DNA of 42,453 nt, taken from a virus. The notes beneath the pieces are model-generated. The model was not told the DNA's origin, did not search any database, and saw only the letters and a list, made by a program, of their open reading frames with translations. Shown one piece after another: positions 29,822-38,708 of the stretch (positions are counted from its first letter, which is position 1; each line of letters starts with the position of its first letter). Position numbers and translations under genes: made by a program. The stretch lies in the IMG/VR virus record IMGVR_UViG_3300015199_000001, positions 1-42,453 of that record, one strand, 5' to 3'.

Positions 29822-31854
29822 TAGATGTGAATCCTGATCTTCTAGCCTTTTTGAAGGAAGAAGAAATCCGTTCGCGCAACCAAGACTTGCTCGACCGTGC
29901 CGAGGTGGCGCTCAACAGTTACAACGGCGACCTGTATGGCGACGAGGAAGATGGCCGTTCCAAGGTCGTCACCCGCGACGTTGCCGAGGTCATCGACCAC
30001 ATGGAGGTCAGTGTCCTTCGCGTGTTCGTGTCGGGCGACCGCGTGGTTGAGTTCGAGCCGCTTGACGAAAGTCAGTCAGACGCCGCCGACGACGCGACCG
30101 AGGCTATCCACCGCCAGTTCCAGCGCAAGGGCTACCAGCTTCTCCACGACTGGTTCAAGGAAGGCAATATCTCGACGCTGGGCATCGTCAAGACAGCCGC
30201 CGAGCAAAGGCGCGAACGGGTCGAGAGTGTCATGCCGTCGATGCTTATGCCCGATGACGCGCTTGAAGCGTCCCCGGTCGAAGGCGACGAAAGCGGGCTG
30301 GACCTTCACCACGTCGCGACCATGCAAGACAAGCCGGTCGAGTTCCGCGATTATCTCGTGCCGATTGAAGAGTTCCGCATTTCGCGGGACGCTCGCGACA
30401 TCGACGATGCCGTTTACGTTGCCCACGCCTCGGTCAAGACGCTTGGCGACCTTGTGGCAATGGGGTTTGACACCGAAGACGTAACAACCATTCCATCTTA
30501 TCATCACATTGAAAGCCTTTCGACCGCCCGCGACACGGGGCTGGACTTTTCCGCCGACCGCAAGGGCGCCAATCGCAAGGTCATCCTCTATGAGGAATAT
30601 GTCCGGTTCGACGCTGACGACGACGGCATTGCCGAGCGGCTGTGCGTTCACCGCGTTGGCGACACGATCCTACGCATCGAGCCGACCGACTATCAGCCGT
30701 TCGTCATCTATTGCCCGTTCCCCATGCCGGGGCGTATCGCCGGTCATTCGCTGGCCGAGAAAGTCACCGACATTCAGCGCGTCCGCACGGTGTTGCAGCG
30801 GCTTCACCTTGACGGCCTCTATACCAACCTTGCGCCGGGTTATCTGGTGCATGAGGATTCGGCGACCGAAAACACTTACGACGACCTGCTGACCGTCCGT
30901 CCCAACCGCATCGTGCGCTGGAAGGGCAGCGTGGCGCCAATGCCGGAGAGTAAGAACGACGTGTCCGCCGTGGCGATGGCCGCGATGGAGCAATTGATCG
31001 GCGAGCGCGAGTCCAGGACGGGCGTCACCCGCATGAACCAGGGGCTGGACGCCGACGCGCTCAACAAGACGGCCACAGGAACGGCGCTGATGCAAGCGCA
31101 GGGCCAGCAGATGGAAGAGTATTTGGCGCGCAACTTCGCCGAGGCCCTTGCTCGGCTGATGCGCCTCAAGCTCAAACTGATGAGCCGCTACGGCAAGCCG
31201 ATGAAGATGCGCGTCGACGGCACGTTCCGCGAGGTCGATCCCTCGCAATGGCCCGAAGAAATGGACGTTATCACCCGCGTCGGGCTTGGGTCGGGCAAGA
31301 AAGAGCAACGCCTGATCTATCGGATGCAAGTGCTGCAAATCCAGCGCGAGTGCATGATGGCGGGCTTGCCGATTGTCGGCCCTGAACAGATTTATAAGTC
31401 GATCTCCGGGGTGGTGAAGGATTCGAGCCTTGGCAGCCCGGCTGATTTCGTGATCGACCCGTCAAGCCCAGAGTTCCAGCAGGCGCAGGCCAATCGCCCG
31501 CCGCCTCCGCCCGATCCGCATCAGATGAAGGTGCAAGGCGAAATGCAGTTGCAGCAAGCCAAGATTGAGGGCGAGCAACAGATCGCGCAAGCTAGGTTGC
31601 AGCATGACGCGGCGGCGGCGGAGCAGGCGCAGCAGTTCGCCCAAACCAAGGCGGAAAGCGATGCCCAGCTTGCCCGCGACAAGGCCAATGCCGAGTTGCA
31701 GCTTGCCGAGCAGAAGTTCGCGGTCGAGGCGCGCATTGCCGAGCACAAGATGATGATGGCCGAGATGCACCACGAGCGCGACCAATCGCGACTCGACGCG
31801 GCCAATGATGCCAAGATCAGCAAGGATCGCAGCGGCGGGGCGCTCGACAAGTGA
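29818..31854 (+). CDS. Portal protein with long C-terminal coiled coil
   Basis: 678 aa, directly after the terminase. The C-terminal 120 aa are Q/A/E-rich heptads, as in P22-type portal barrels. Confidence 0.75.
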   Translation: MIDVNPDLLAFLKEEEIRSRNQDLLDRAEVALNSYNGDLYGDEEDGRSKVVTRDVAEVIDHMEVSVLRVFVSGDRVVEFEPLDESQSDAADDATEAIHRQFQRKGYQLLHDWFKEGNISTLGIVKTAAEQRRERVESVMPSMLMPDDALEASPVEGDESGLDLHHVATMQDKPVEFRDYLVPIEEFRISRDARDIDDAVYVAHASVKTLGDLVAMGFDTEDVTTIPSYHHIESLSTARDTGLDFSADRKGANRKVILYEEYVRFDADDDGIAERLCVHRVGDTILRIEPTDYQPFVIYCPFPMPGRIAGHSLAEKVTDIQRVRTVLQRLHLDGLYTNLAPGYLVHEDSATENTYDDLLTVRPNRIVRWKGSVAPMPESKNDVSAVAMAAMEQLIGERESRTGVTRMNQGLDADALNKTATGTALMQAQGQQMEEYLARNFAEALARLMRLKLKLMSRYGKPMKMRVDGTFREVDPSQWPEEMDVITRVGLGSGKKEQRLIYRMQVLQIQRECMMAGLPIVGPEQIYKSISGVVKDSSLGSPADFVIDPSSPEFQQAQANRPPPPPDPHQMKVQGEMQLQQAKIEGEQQIAQARLQHDAAAAEQAQQFAQTKAESDAQLARDKANAELQLAEQKFAVEARIAEHKMMMAEMHHERDQSRLDAANDAKISKDRSGGALDK

Positions 31855-32024
31855 CTGGCTGGCATCGCTTCCAGCCCGTGAAATTGGGCGACGATTGGCT
31901 GGCGTCGGCGGAGTTCTTTCGCGACGACAGGCCCGTGCCAGAGGATGATAGGGCAGGCACCATCCGGAAAGCCCGCGCTCCGACCGAACACGCCGCCGCC
32001 GAACTTCTGGAGCGGCTGCTGTGA
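31851..32024 (+). CDS. Hypothetical protein (57 aa, GTG start)
   Basis: GTGA overlap with the portal stop. Fills the gap. Confidence 0.4.
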   Translation: MTGWHRFQPVKLGDDWLASAEFFRDDRPVPEDDRAGTIRKARAPTEHAAAELLERLL

Positions 32025-32158
32025 TAACCTGGAGCGCCAAGACCGTCCGCATAACCGCCAACATCATCATTCCAGAGGGTGACGTTTACACCGCTGACGG
32101 GCGGACATTCTATCGCGCAGAGGCGAATAACGAAATGCGGGAAGGGGTGCGCGATTGA
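32021..32158 (+). CDS. Hypothetical protein (45 aa, GTG start)
   Basis: GTGA / TTGA coupled on both sides. Confidence 0.35.
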   Translation: MITWSAKTVRITANIIIPEGDVYTADGRTFYRAEANNEMREGVRD

Positions 32159-32475
32159 CCGACTATGAAGCCGCAGCACGGGGTCAGCGCGCCAAGCAGG
32201 CCGCCGAGTTCGTCGGCCCGATCCTCGCCTCGCACCGCAGCGAATATCTCGACAAGATCGCCCTGATTGCCACGACCGAACTTGATGCCAAGAAACGCGC
32301 CGACGCGATCACCTCGCTATCGGTGGCCATGAAGATACTCGGCAACATCGAAAGCGCCCTGACCGCTGCCATTCAGGACGGCGATATGGCCGAGAAAAGC
32401 ATCATCCGCGCCGACAATGTAGCGAAGATGAGCGACCATAAGCGCCGCCTCTTCGAGTTCGCGCCACAACGATAA
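32155..32475 (+). CDS. Hypothetical head-module protein (106 aa)
   Basis: Helical composition. Lies between portal and scaffold. Confidence 0.45.
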   Translation: MTDYEAAARGQRAKQAAEFVGPILASHRSEYLDKIALIATTELDAKKRADAITSLSVAMKILGNIESALTAAIQDGDMAEKSIIRADNVAKMSDHKRRLFEFAPQR

Positions 32476-32561
32476 GAGCGGAACGTAACCCGCCACACCA
32501 TCGACCGGGACACCCGGCGATCATCCCAACGAGGATGCACTAAAGACCTGAAGGACACTCA

Positions 32562-33581
32562 ATGACGACCCAGCCAGAACAGGCAGTCGGCAACGAGGCC
32601 ACCGCGCCCGCAGCCGCCGCCAGCAATCCATTCGAGGACATCGCTGCCGAAATGCTCGGCGAGGAGCAGGAAGAAGAACCCGCCCCGCAAACAGAGGGCG
32701 ACGAACCGGAAACCGAACAGGCGGAAGCCGACGCGGACGACCTGGACGACGAGGACGAGGCCGAAGCGGGATTGCCGCCCATCGAGCCGCCACACTCGTT
32801 AAACGCCGAGGACAAGGAAGCCTTCAAAAAGCTCCCGCGCGAGGCGCAGGAGTTCACCGCTCGCCGCATTGGCGAGATGGAGAAGGGTTTCAACACCAAG
32901 GCGCAAGAGGCGGCACAGGCCAAGGAAGCCGCCCGAACCGAAGCATTGCAGTTTGCCACCCAGCTAAAGGCCGAAGCGGCCCAACGGTTGAGTGAGTATG
33001 CCAAGATGTTCGAGGTTCGACCACCCGACGCGGCGCTATTTCGCACCAACCCGGATGCCTACGCCCAGCAACTTGAGGCCTATCAGTATGCCACCGTCCA
33101 GCGCGAACAGGCGCAACGGGAAGCTGAACAGGCCAGAGGCGAGCAGGCCCAATATCAAACGGCACTCCAGCAGCACGAAGCGCAACAGTTTCGTCAGCGG
33201 CTAGAGGCCGAGCTGCCCGAAGCATTCGGGGAAGGCGGACAGAAGTTCATCGGTGAACTTGCTGCCACCGCCGAAGCCCTCGGATACGACGACAACGCGA
33301 TCACCCAATCCTCGGTTGAAGAACTGAAGGCGCTCAAAGCCGTAAGCGAGTGGAAGGCCAAGGCCGACCGCTTCGACAAGGCGATGGCGAAGAAGATGGA
33401 GCGCGTTCGTTCAGGCAAGAATCCCCCACCGATCTCGAAGCCGGGCGTTAGCCGGGGCGCGAGTGCCAGCCGACAGGCCAAGGTGGAGCAATCGTGGCAA
33501 AACGCACTGACCGCCAAAACGCGCAACGCGCGTGAGTCGGCGTTAGCCGAATGGGCCGAAGGCGCGGGCTACCTCGACTAG
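32562..33581 (+). CDS. Scaffolding protein
   Basis: Very acidic N-terminus, long Q/A/E/K coiled-coil composition. Immediately upstream of the capsid gene. Confidence 0.6.
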   Translation: MTTQPEQAVGNEATAPAAAASNPFEDIAAEMLGEEQEEEPAPQTEGDEPETEQAEADADDLDDEDEAEAGLPPIEPPHSLNAEDKEAFKKLPREAQEFTARRIGEMEKGFNTKAQEAAQAKEAARTEALQFATQLKAEAAQRLSEYAKMFEVRPPDAALFRTNPDAYAQQLEAYQYATVQREQAQREAEQARGEQAQYQTALQQHEAQQFRQRLEAELPEAFGEGGQKFIGELAATAEALGYDDNAITQSSVEELKALKAVSEWKAKADRFDKAMAKKMERVRSGKNPPPISKPGVSRGASASRQAKVEQSWQNALTAKTRNARESALAEWAEGAGYLD

Positions 33582-33655
33582 GCCAACCACAATCGGATTC
33601 CACGCTGTGAAGCGTCGCGTCCCAGCGCCCCTCCGGGGGCCAGAAGGAACCTTTA

Positions 33656-34606
33656 ATGACTGTGCTTGCAAATACCATTCAGAACGTCGCGCGTGTCGGC
33701 GTTCGTGAAGACCTCTCGGGCAAGATCGCGGAACTATTCCCCGACGATTGCCCGTTCATCGACGGCATTGGTCGCTCAACCGCGAGCAATACCTATACCG
33801 AGTGGCAGACGGACGTTCTTGCGGCCGCTTCGGCCACCAACTCGTCCATTCAGGGTGACGATCTCGCCAACTTGAGCCGTGCGAACACCACGCGCGTCGG
33901 CAACTATACGCAGATCTTGACCAAGGTTGTGGGCGCGTCAACCACCGTTGAGTGGACGAACAAGGCCGGGCGCAAGTCTGAACTTGCTCGCGAACTGATG
34001 AAGGCTGGCCGTGAACTCCGCACCGACATGGAGAAGCGTTTCGTTGGCAACTATGCCTCGGTCGCTCCTGCCGCCGGTGTTGCCGGTCTGTCGGGTGGCG
34101 CGCTTGCGTGGCTAACCACCAACACCTCGAAGGGTGCTGGTGGCGCGGACGGCGGCTTCTCGGCTGCGGTCGTTGCGGCTGCCACCAACGGCACCCAGCG
34201 CACCTACACGGAAAGCCTGCTCAAGACCGTCCTTCAAACGGTGTGGGTTGCCGGTGGCAATCCGAAGATGGTCATCACCAACGGTGCCCAGAAGCAGGCG
34301 GAGGCCGCGTTCGTCGGCCTTGCCGATCAGCGTCAGGAAGCCGGTGGCAAGTCCATGACCATCGTGGCGGCTGCGGACTACTACCTCAGCGACTTCGGCA
34401 AGATCGCCTTTGTTGCCGACCGCTTCGCCTCGGCCCGAGACGCCCTGATTGTCGATCCTGAATACTTCGACATCGCGGTCGGTGAGGAAATGACCACGTT
34501 TGACCTGGCCCAGACCGGCCTCGCCAAGCGCAAGGCCATCCGGACCGAAGTCACCCTGCGTTGCTTGAACGAAGCTGCGTCGGGCGCAATCCGCGACCTC
34601 CTGTAG
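33656..34606 (+). CDS. Major capsid protein (SU10/DUF5309-like HK97-fold type)
   Basis: N-terminal REDLSGKIAELFPDDCPFIDGIG...YTEWQTD pattern and the position after the scaffold gene. Followed by a terminator. Confidence 0.75.
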   Translation: MTVLANTIQNVARVGVREDLSGKIAELFPDDCPFIDGIGRSTASNTYTEWQTDVLAAASATNSSIQGDDLANLSRANTTRVGNYTQILTKVVGASTTVEWTNKAGRKSELARELMKAGRELRTDMEKRFVGNYASVAPAAGVAGLSGGALAWLTTNTSKGAGGADGGFSAAVVAAATNGTQRTYTESLLKTVLQTVWVAGGNPKMVITNGAQKQAEAAFVGLADQRQEAGGKSMTIVAAADYYLSDFGKIAFVADRFASARDALIVDPEYFDIAVGEEMTTFDLAQTGLAKRKAIRTEVTLRCLNEAASGAIRDLL

Positions 34607-34618
34607 GCTGAATGAGGG

Positions 34619-34652
34619 AGGGGCTGGTTCTTAGGGACTGGCCCCTTCTTTT
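34619..34652 (+). terminator. Hairpin AGGGGC...GCCCCT followed by TCTTTT
   Basis: 6-bp GC stem and a T-rich tail 13 nt after the capsid stop. Confidence 0.45.
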
Positions 34653-34670
34653 CCATGAAAGGATAGGCCC

Positions 34671-35006
34671 ATGAGGCTCAAGGTTTCTGCCGCTGGCGCC
34701 GTTACTCAGGCGACCAGCAAATCCACTGCGGTGACGCTTGCCGCACGTTGCGGCACGATCACCATGAATAACGCATCGCTGGCTGGCGCAACGAACGTCG
34801 GCTTTACCGTCACCAACCCGTCCGTTTCGCTTGGCGACGTAGTTGTTGTCAACATCGCCTCGGGCGCGACCGCCGATAGCTACCACGCTACGGTTGACGC
34901 GGTGGCGGCGGGTTCGTTCCGTATCTCGTTGCGTAACGTCACTGCCGCGACGCCTCTCTCCGAGGCGGTGGTGCTGAACTTCAGCGTCATTAATAACTTC
35001 GGCTAA
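34671..35006 (+). CDS. Putative capsid decoration / small structural protein (111 aa)
   Basis: Beta-rich composition. Bracketed by two terminator-like hairpins next to the capsid gene. Confidence 0.4.
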   Translation: MRLKVSAAGAVTQATSKSTAVTLAARCGTITMNNASLAGATNVGFTVTNPSVSLGDVVVVNIASGATADSYHATVDAVAAGSFRISLRNVTAATPLSEAVVLNFSVINNFG

Positions 35007-35011
35007 TCAGG

Positions 35012-35039
35012 CGGGCGGGGGTCATTCCTCGCCCGTTTT
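35012..35039 (+). terminator. Hairpin CGGGCG-N12-CGCCCG followed by TTTT
   Basis: Read directly. Confidence 0.5.
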
Positions 35040-35052
35040 GACTGGAGGCAGA

Positions 35053-35382
35053 ATGTCCCAGTGGGAAATGCTCGACAACGGTTCGTTCAACGGCGTCGCC
35101 AAGTATATTCGCGGGCTGGAAGACGGCTCGGTCGATGTGAAGCACGTCTTCCACGACATTAGCCCGATCATCGACGCCAACAAGCGCAGCCAAGTCGAAA
35201 CCATGAATACCAAGATGGGCGACGGCATCCAACACGCCGCCCGCATCCCGATGGAAGTAGTTTACGAGTGGATCAGGGACCACGGCGTCAATCTATACAA
35301 TCCGAACCATCGCCAAGGCGTTGAGCGCCTGTTGAACTCATCAGAGTATCGCTGGTGCAAGGTTCGCGACATCATTATCTAG
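35053..35382 (+). CDS. Hypothetical protein (109 aa)
   Basis: ATG with GGAGG Shine-Dalgarno, preferred to TTG 35038, which lies inside the terminator. Confidence 0.45.
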   Translation: MSQWEMLDNGSFNGVAKYIRGLEDGSVDVKHVFHDISPIIDANKRSQVETMNTKMGDGIQHAARIPMEVVYEWIRDHGVNLYNPNHRQGVERLLNSSEYRWCKVRDIII

Positions 35383-35391
35383 GAGCAGCCC

Positions 35392-35997
35392 ATGGCGCTT
35401 GCCAATTACAGCGACCTCACCGCTGCCCTATCGTCATGGCTTAACCGCACCGATCTGACCGGCACCTATGACACGTTCATCGCGTTATTCGAGGCCCGCG
35501 CCAACCGCGCCCTTCGCACTCCGCAGATGGAGGCCAGCTCGACCGCGCTGCCGACGAGCAACGCGCTGGCCCTGCCAAGCGACTTCATGGAAGCCCGCGA
35601 AGTCTATCTATCGGGCAAATACATTCACGGTATGTCGCCGATGGAGATGCGCGACACCAAGACGCGGTTCACCTCGGGCGACCCGATTGGCTATGCGATT
35701 GTCGCGCAAACGCTGGTATTCGCCCCGCCGATTGCCGACACCACCACGGTCTATCTCAATTACTACCAGAAGATTCCGACCCTTACTTCGACCAACTGGC
35801 TGATGACCGCTTATCCCGATGCCTATCTCTACGGGACGCTGGCGGCGGCCTACGACTATCTCAGGGACGACACGCAGCGCGACGCCATGCTGTCCGCCTC
35901 GGATCGTATCTTTGCCGAGATACAGCGCGACGCATCGCGCCGCCGCCTGCCCGCCGGCCCACTGGTCGCACGGAACAGCGTTTACTATAATGGCTAA
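35392..35997 (+). CDS. Putative head-tail adaptor / connector protein (201 aa)
   Basis: Position after the capsid genes. N-terminal LSSWLNRTDLTG..FIALFEARANRALR pattern seen in adaptor-type proteins (from memory). Confidence 0.35.
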   Translation: MALANYSDLTAALSSWLNRTDLTGTYDTFIALFEARANRALRTPQMEASSTALPTSNALALPSDFMEAREVYLSGKYIHGMSPMEMRDTKTRFTSGDPIGYAIVAQTLVFAPPIADTTTVYLNYYQKIPTLTSTNWLMTAYPDAYLYGTLAAAYDYLRDDTQRDAMLSASDRIFAEIQRDASRRRLPAGPLVARNSVYYNG

Positions 35998-37405
35998 GCT
36001 CGGCACCTATAGCCCGGATTTGCCCCAATGGGGACACGGCGGCCTCGTCACGGCTGAAAACACCTATTACTCAATAGCCGGATATAAGCCCGTAAAGGCA
36101 CCGTCAGCCATCACCGGGGCGCTTCCCTATGCGTGGCTAGGCGGCGGGGCGTTTGCGGGCCTGGACGGCACCATAACCCTGCTAGCGGCGACGACTGACG
36201 GGCTTTATGCTTACATCTCGTCGGCGTGGGTCAAGAAATACCCTGTCGGTGCCGGCGCCTTCTCTACGCCGTGGCAATTCGCGCAATTCGGCGATCTGGT
36301 CATTTGCACCAACGGCGCCGCGCCGGTCAAATACACGCTATCAACGGCATTGGGCGCGGTGCTGGGCGGGACACCTCCAGCGGCCTCGATGGTGGCGATT
36401 GTCGGCGATCACGTCATGCTGGCGGGCAATTCGTCGGCGGTTTCGACGGCCTACTGGTCGGCGCTTAACAACGCCGAGGGCTGGACGGGCGGTGTCGCGG
36501 GTTGCGGGTCGCAAGTGTTGCCGGACAGCGGTGCTATCACCGGGCTTGGAGGGGGCGAGTTCGGGCTGGTATTTCAAGCCGACGCGATCAATATCTTCGA
36601 GGTTGCCGACGCGCCGCTGTATTTCACGCGGCGCAAGATCAAGAGCGGCGTCGGTTCGTTATGCGGCGGTTCGGTTGCCCAGTTTGACAACAGGGAGTTC
36701 TTCTACTCCCGCTTGGGGTTTCAGGTCTATCAGGGCGGGGAGGTTTCCCCCATCGGCCTCGACCGGATCGACCAGACCTTCCGCGCCGCTTATACGGTAG
36801 CGGAAATCCAGAGCAATATGCGCGCGACCATCGACCCGGAGCGCAAGCTGGCGATCTGGTCGATGCCCGACAAATTGTGGGTTTACAACTGGGAGGAACC
36901 CGCCTGGACGACGGTTTACATCCCCGGAATCATCGGTATCTCGACCGGGCGCACGGCCTCGATCACGCTGGAAACGATTGCGGTTACATACCCCGCGATT
37001 GAAAACGTTACGCCGGTCTTTGATGATCCTTACTGGCGAGGCGGCGAGCCGATGCTGCTATTCGCCAAGTCCGACAAGATTTTGTATGCGTTCGGCGCCG
37101 GTTCCAACCTCGCCGCGACGTTCCGCAATACCAAGCAGCAAATAGTGCCGGGCCGGGCAACTAACGTGCGTTCGGCGATGGTCGAAACCGACGCGACCTC
37201 GGGCGTGACCGTCAACATCGACGTGTCGCCCCGGCTTGGCGATGCGGTCACGCGGGTTTCGGCTTCGACCATGCAGGCCAACGGCGAAATACCAATCCGC
37301 GCCACGGGCAAGTATCTTCAAAGCGAGATTGTCATGGCTAGCACGGCGGTCTGGACGTTCGTGTCCGCACTGGGCCTCAGGGCGACGCCGGGGGGCGAAC
37401 TATGA
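35990..37405 (+). CDS. Putative tail (tubular/nozzle-type) structural protein (471 aa)
   Basis: Start at 35990 overlaps the previous stop by 8 nt. Repetitive beta-type composition. Position in the module. Confidence 0.4.
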   Translation: MAKLGTYSPDLPQWGHGGLVTAENTYYSIAGYKPVKAPSAITGALPYAWLGGGAFAGLDGTITLLAATTDGLYAYISSAWVKKYPVGAGAFSTPWQFAQFGDLVICTNGAAPVKYTLSTALGAVLGGTPPAASMVAIVGDHVMLAGNSSAVSTAYWSALNNAEGWTGGVAGCGSQVLPDSGAITGLGGGEFGLVFQADAINIFEVADAPLYFTRRKIKSGVGSLCGGSVAQFDNREFFYSRLGFQVYQGGEVSPIGLDRIDQTFRAAYTVAEIQSNMRATIDPERKLAIWSMPDKLWVYNWEEPAWTTVYIPGIIGISTGRTASITLETIAVTYPAIENVTPVFDDPYWRGGEPMLLFAKSDKILYAFGAGSNLAATFRNTKQQIVPGRATNVRSAMVETDATSGVTVNIDVSPRLGDAVTRVSASTMQANGEIPIRATGKYLQSEIVMASTAVWTFVSALGLRATPGGEL

Positions 37406-37608
37406 GCCTGCCCAACCCGAACTACACGCAAAGCGAATGGAACCGCGAAGCCAAGCGTCAGCTCGATCCGCTGATCTCGGGCTATCCGTTCCCGACGCTC
37501 GCCGCCGATCCGATCACGGCCAACCTCAGGGCTGGCTACACGTATTTCAACAGCGTTAGCACCAAAGTTAGAACGTGGGACGGCGCATTGTGGCAAATTC
37601 ACTACTAA
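37402..37608 (+). CDS. Hypothetical virion-module protein (68 aa)
   Basis: ATGA-coupled. Confidence 0.45.
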   Translation: MSLPNPNYTQSEWNREAKRQLDPLISGYPFPTLAADPITANLRAGYTYFNSVSTKVRTWDGALWQIHY

Positions 37609-38315
37609 TGCCCGTTACGAACGCGGGCATTCGCGCGGCGTTCGGGATGCAAGACCAGCAAGCCCCGTCCCGTCCCGCTGGCGCATTGTTTCAACCGCGC
37701 AAGCCGTCGCCCGCAGACTATTGGCAGCAGCGATTAGCCGGGCAAGGCTCAATCAGCGCCTATCATCCGAGCGTTAGCGAAAAGGTCCAGAACACGCTGG
37801 CGAGCGGCCTAAGCGGGCTTGGCGTCGGCGAGGCCTACAGCAACCGCCTAGCGAACAAGGCAATGGCCCCGCTGCTCGACTGGACGCCAGTGGGAAACGC
37901 GCAGGGCATTCAGGACGGCGCGCAGATGATGACGCGGGGCGACCTTGCCTCGGGCGCATTGGGCGCGGGGATGCTGGCGCTTAACACGCTGCCTTTCGCG
38001 GGCGGCGCGGTGGGGCGCAAGGTGGGCGGGACGTTAGGCGACCTGATGCGTGATAGTTCTGGCGCAATGAAGCGATACGGAGCAAACGACGACAACAACC
38101 TGCCCAATGCGCTGAACTCGCTTGCTGAGTTTCTATCCGATCCCCGTCCCCTCCACAGTCGATACCAAACGGGCGACAATCTAACGCTGGGCAGCGAGCG
38201 GGGCCGCGTGATGTCGCATAACGATACTCATGTAGTCCTAGACTTGCCTAGTGGCCCGCGCCTTGTCCCAAGGACGCACCCTGACCTGACTGTCACGCCC
38301 TACGGCGACTGGTAA
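37608..38315 (+). CDS. Hypothetical internal virion protein (235 aa)
   Basis: TAATG coupling. Gly/Ala-rich. Confidence 0.45.
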   Translation: MPVTNAGIRAAFGMQDQQAPSRPAGALFQPRKPSPADYWQQRLAGQGSISAYHPSVSEKVQNTLASGLSGLGVGEAYSNRLANKAMAPLLDWTPVGNAQGIQDGAQMMTRGDLASGALGAGMLALNTLPFAGGAVGRKVGGTLGDLMRDSSGAMKRYGANDDNNLPNALNSLAEFLSDPRPLHSRYQTGDNLTLGSERGRVMSHNDTHVVLDLPSGPRLVPRTHPDLTVTPYGDW

Positions 38316-38708
38316 ATGCAAGTCTCATGGCTACCCGACCCGGAGGGACACCCCCTCTGGCCGGAGATGCTGCGCCTGCTTGAACCTGCCGCGCAATACG
38401 GCGGGATAGACACTTACGAACCCGGCGACTGGGTTTGGATCATATACGACGGCCCCATCCTCTACGGCGCTGCGGTCACGCGGCTTTTGCCGGGGGATGA
38501 AGCCGAACTCAGGCTCGCAGGCGGTTCGCGGTCAATGAAATGGGCGGAACTGCTTGACGGGGTGGTCAGCGATTGGGCGCGCACAGGCGGCGCTCATCGG
38601 CTGACATCGCGAGGGCGAAGAGGTTGGGCGCGTTTTGCGAAACGCTTTGGGTGGTCGCCCCTCGGTCAAGATCACGAAAACAGACACATGTGGACGAAGG
38701 AACTGTAA
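38316..38708 (+). CDS. GNAT-like small protein (130 aa) in the virion module
   Basis: ELRLAGG..MKWAELLDGVVSDWARTGGAHRLTSRGRRGWARFAKRFGW resembles a GNAT beta4-alpha3-beta5-alpha4 core. Confidence 0.35.
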   Translation: MQVSWLPDPEGHPLWPEMLRLLEPAAQYGGIDTYEPGDWVWIIYDGPILYGAAVTRLLPGDEAELRLAGGSRSMKWAELLDGVVSDWARTGGAHRLTSRGRRGWARFAKRFGWSPLGQDHENRHMWTKEL

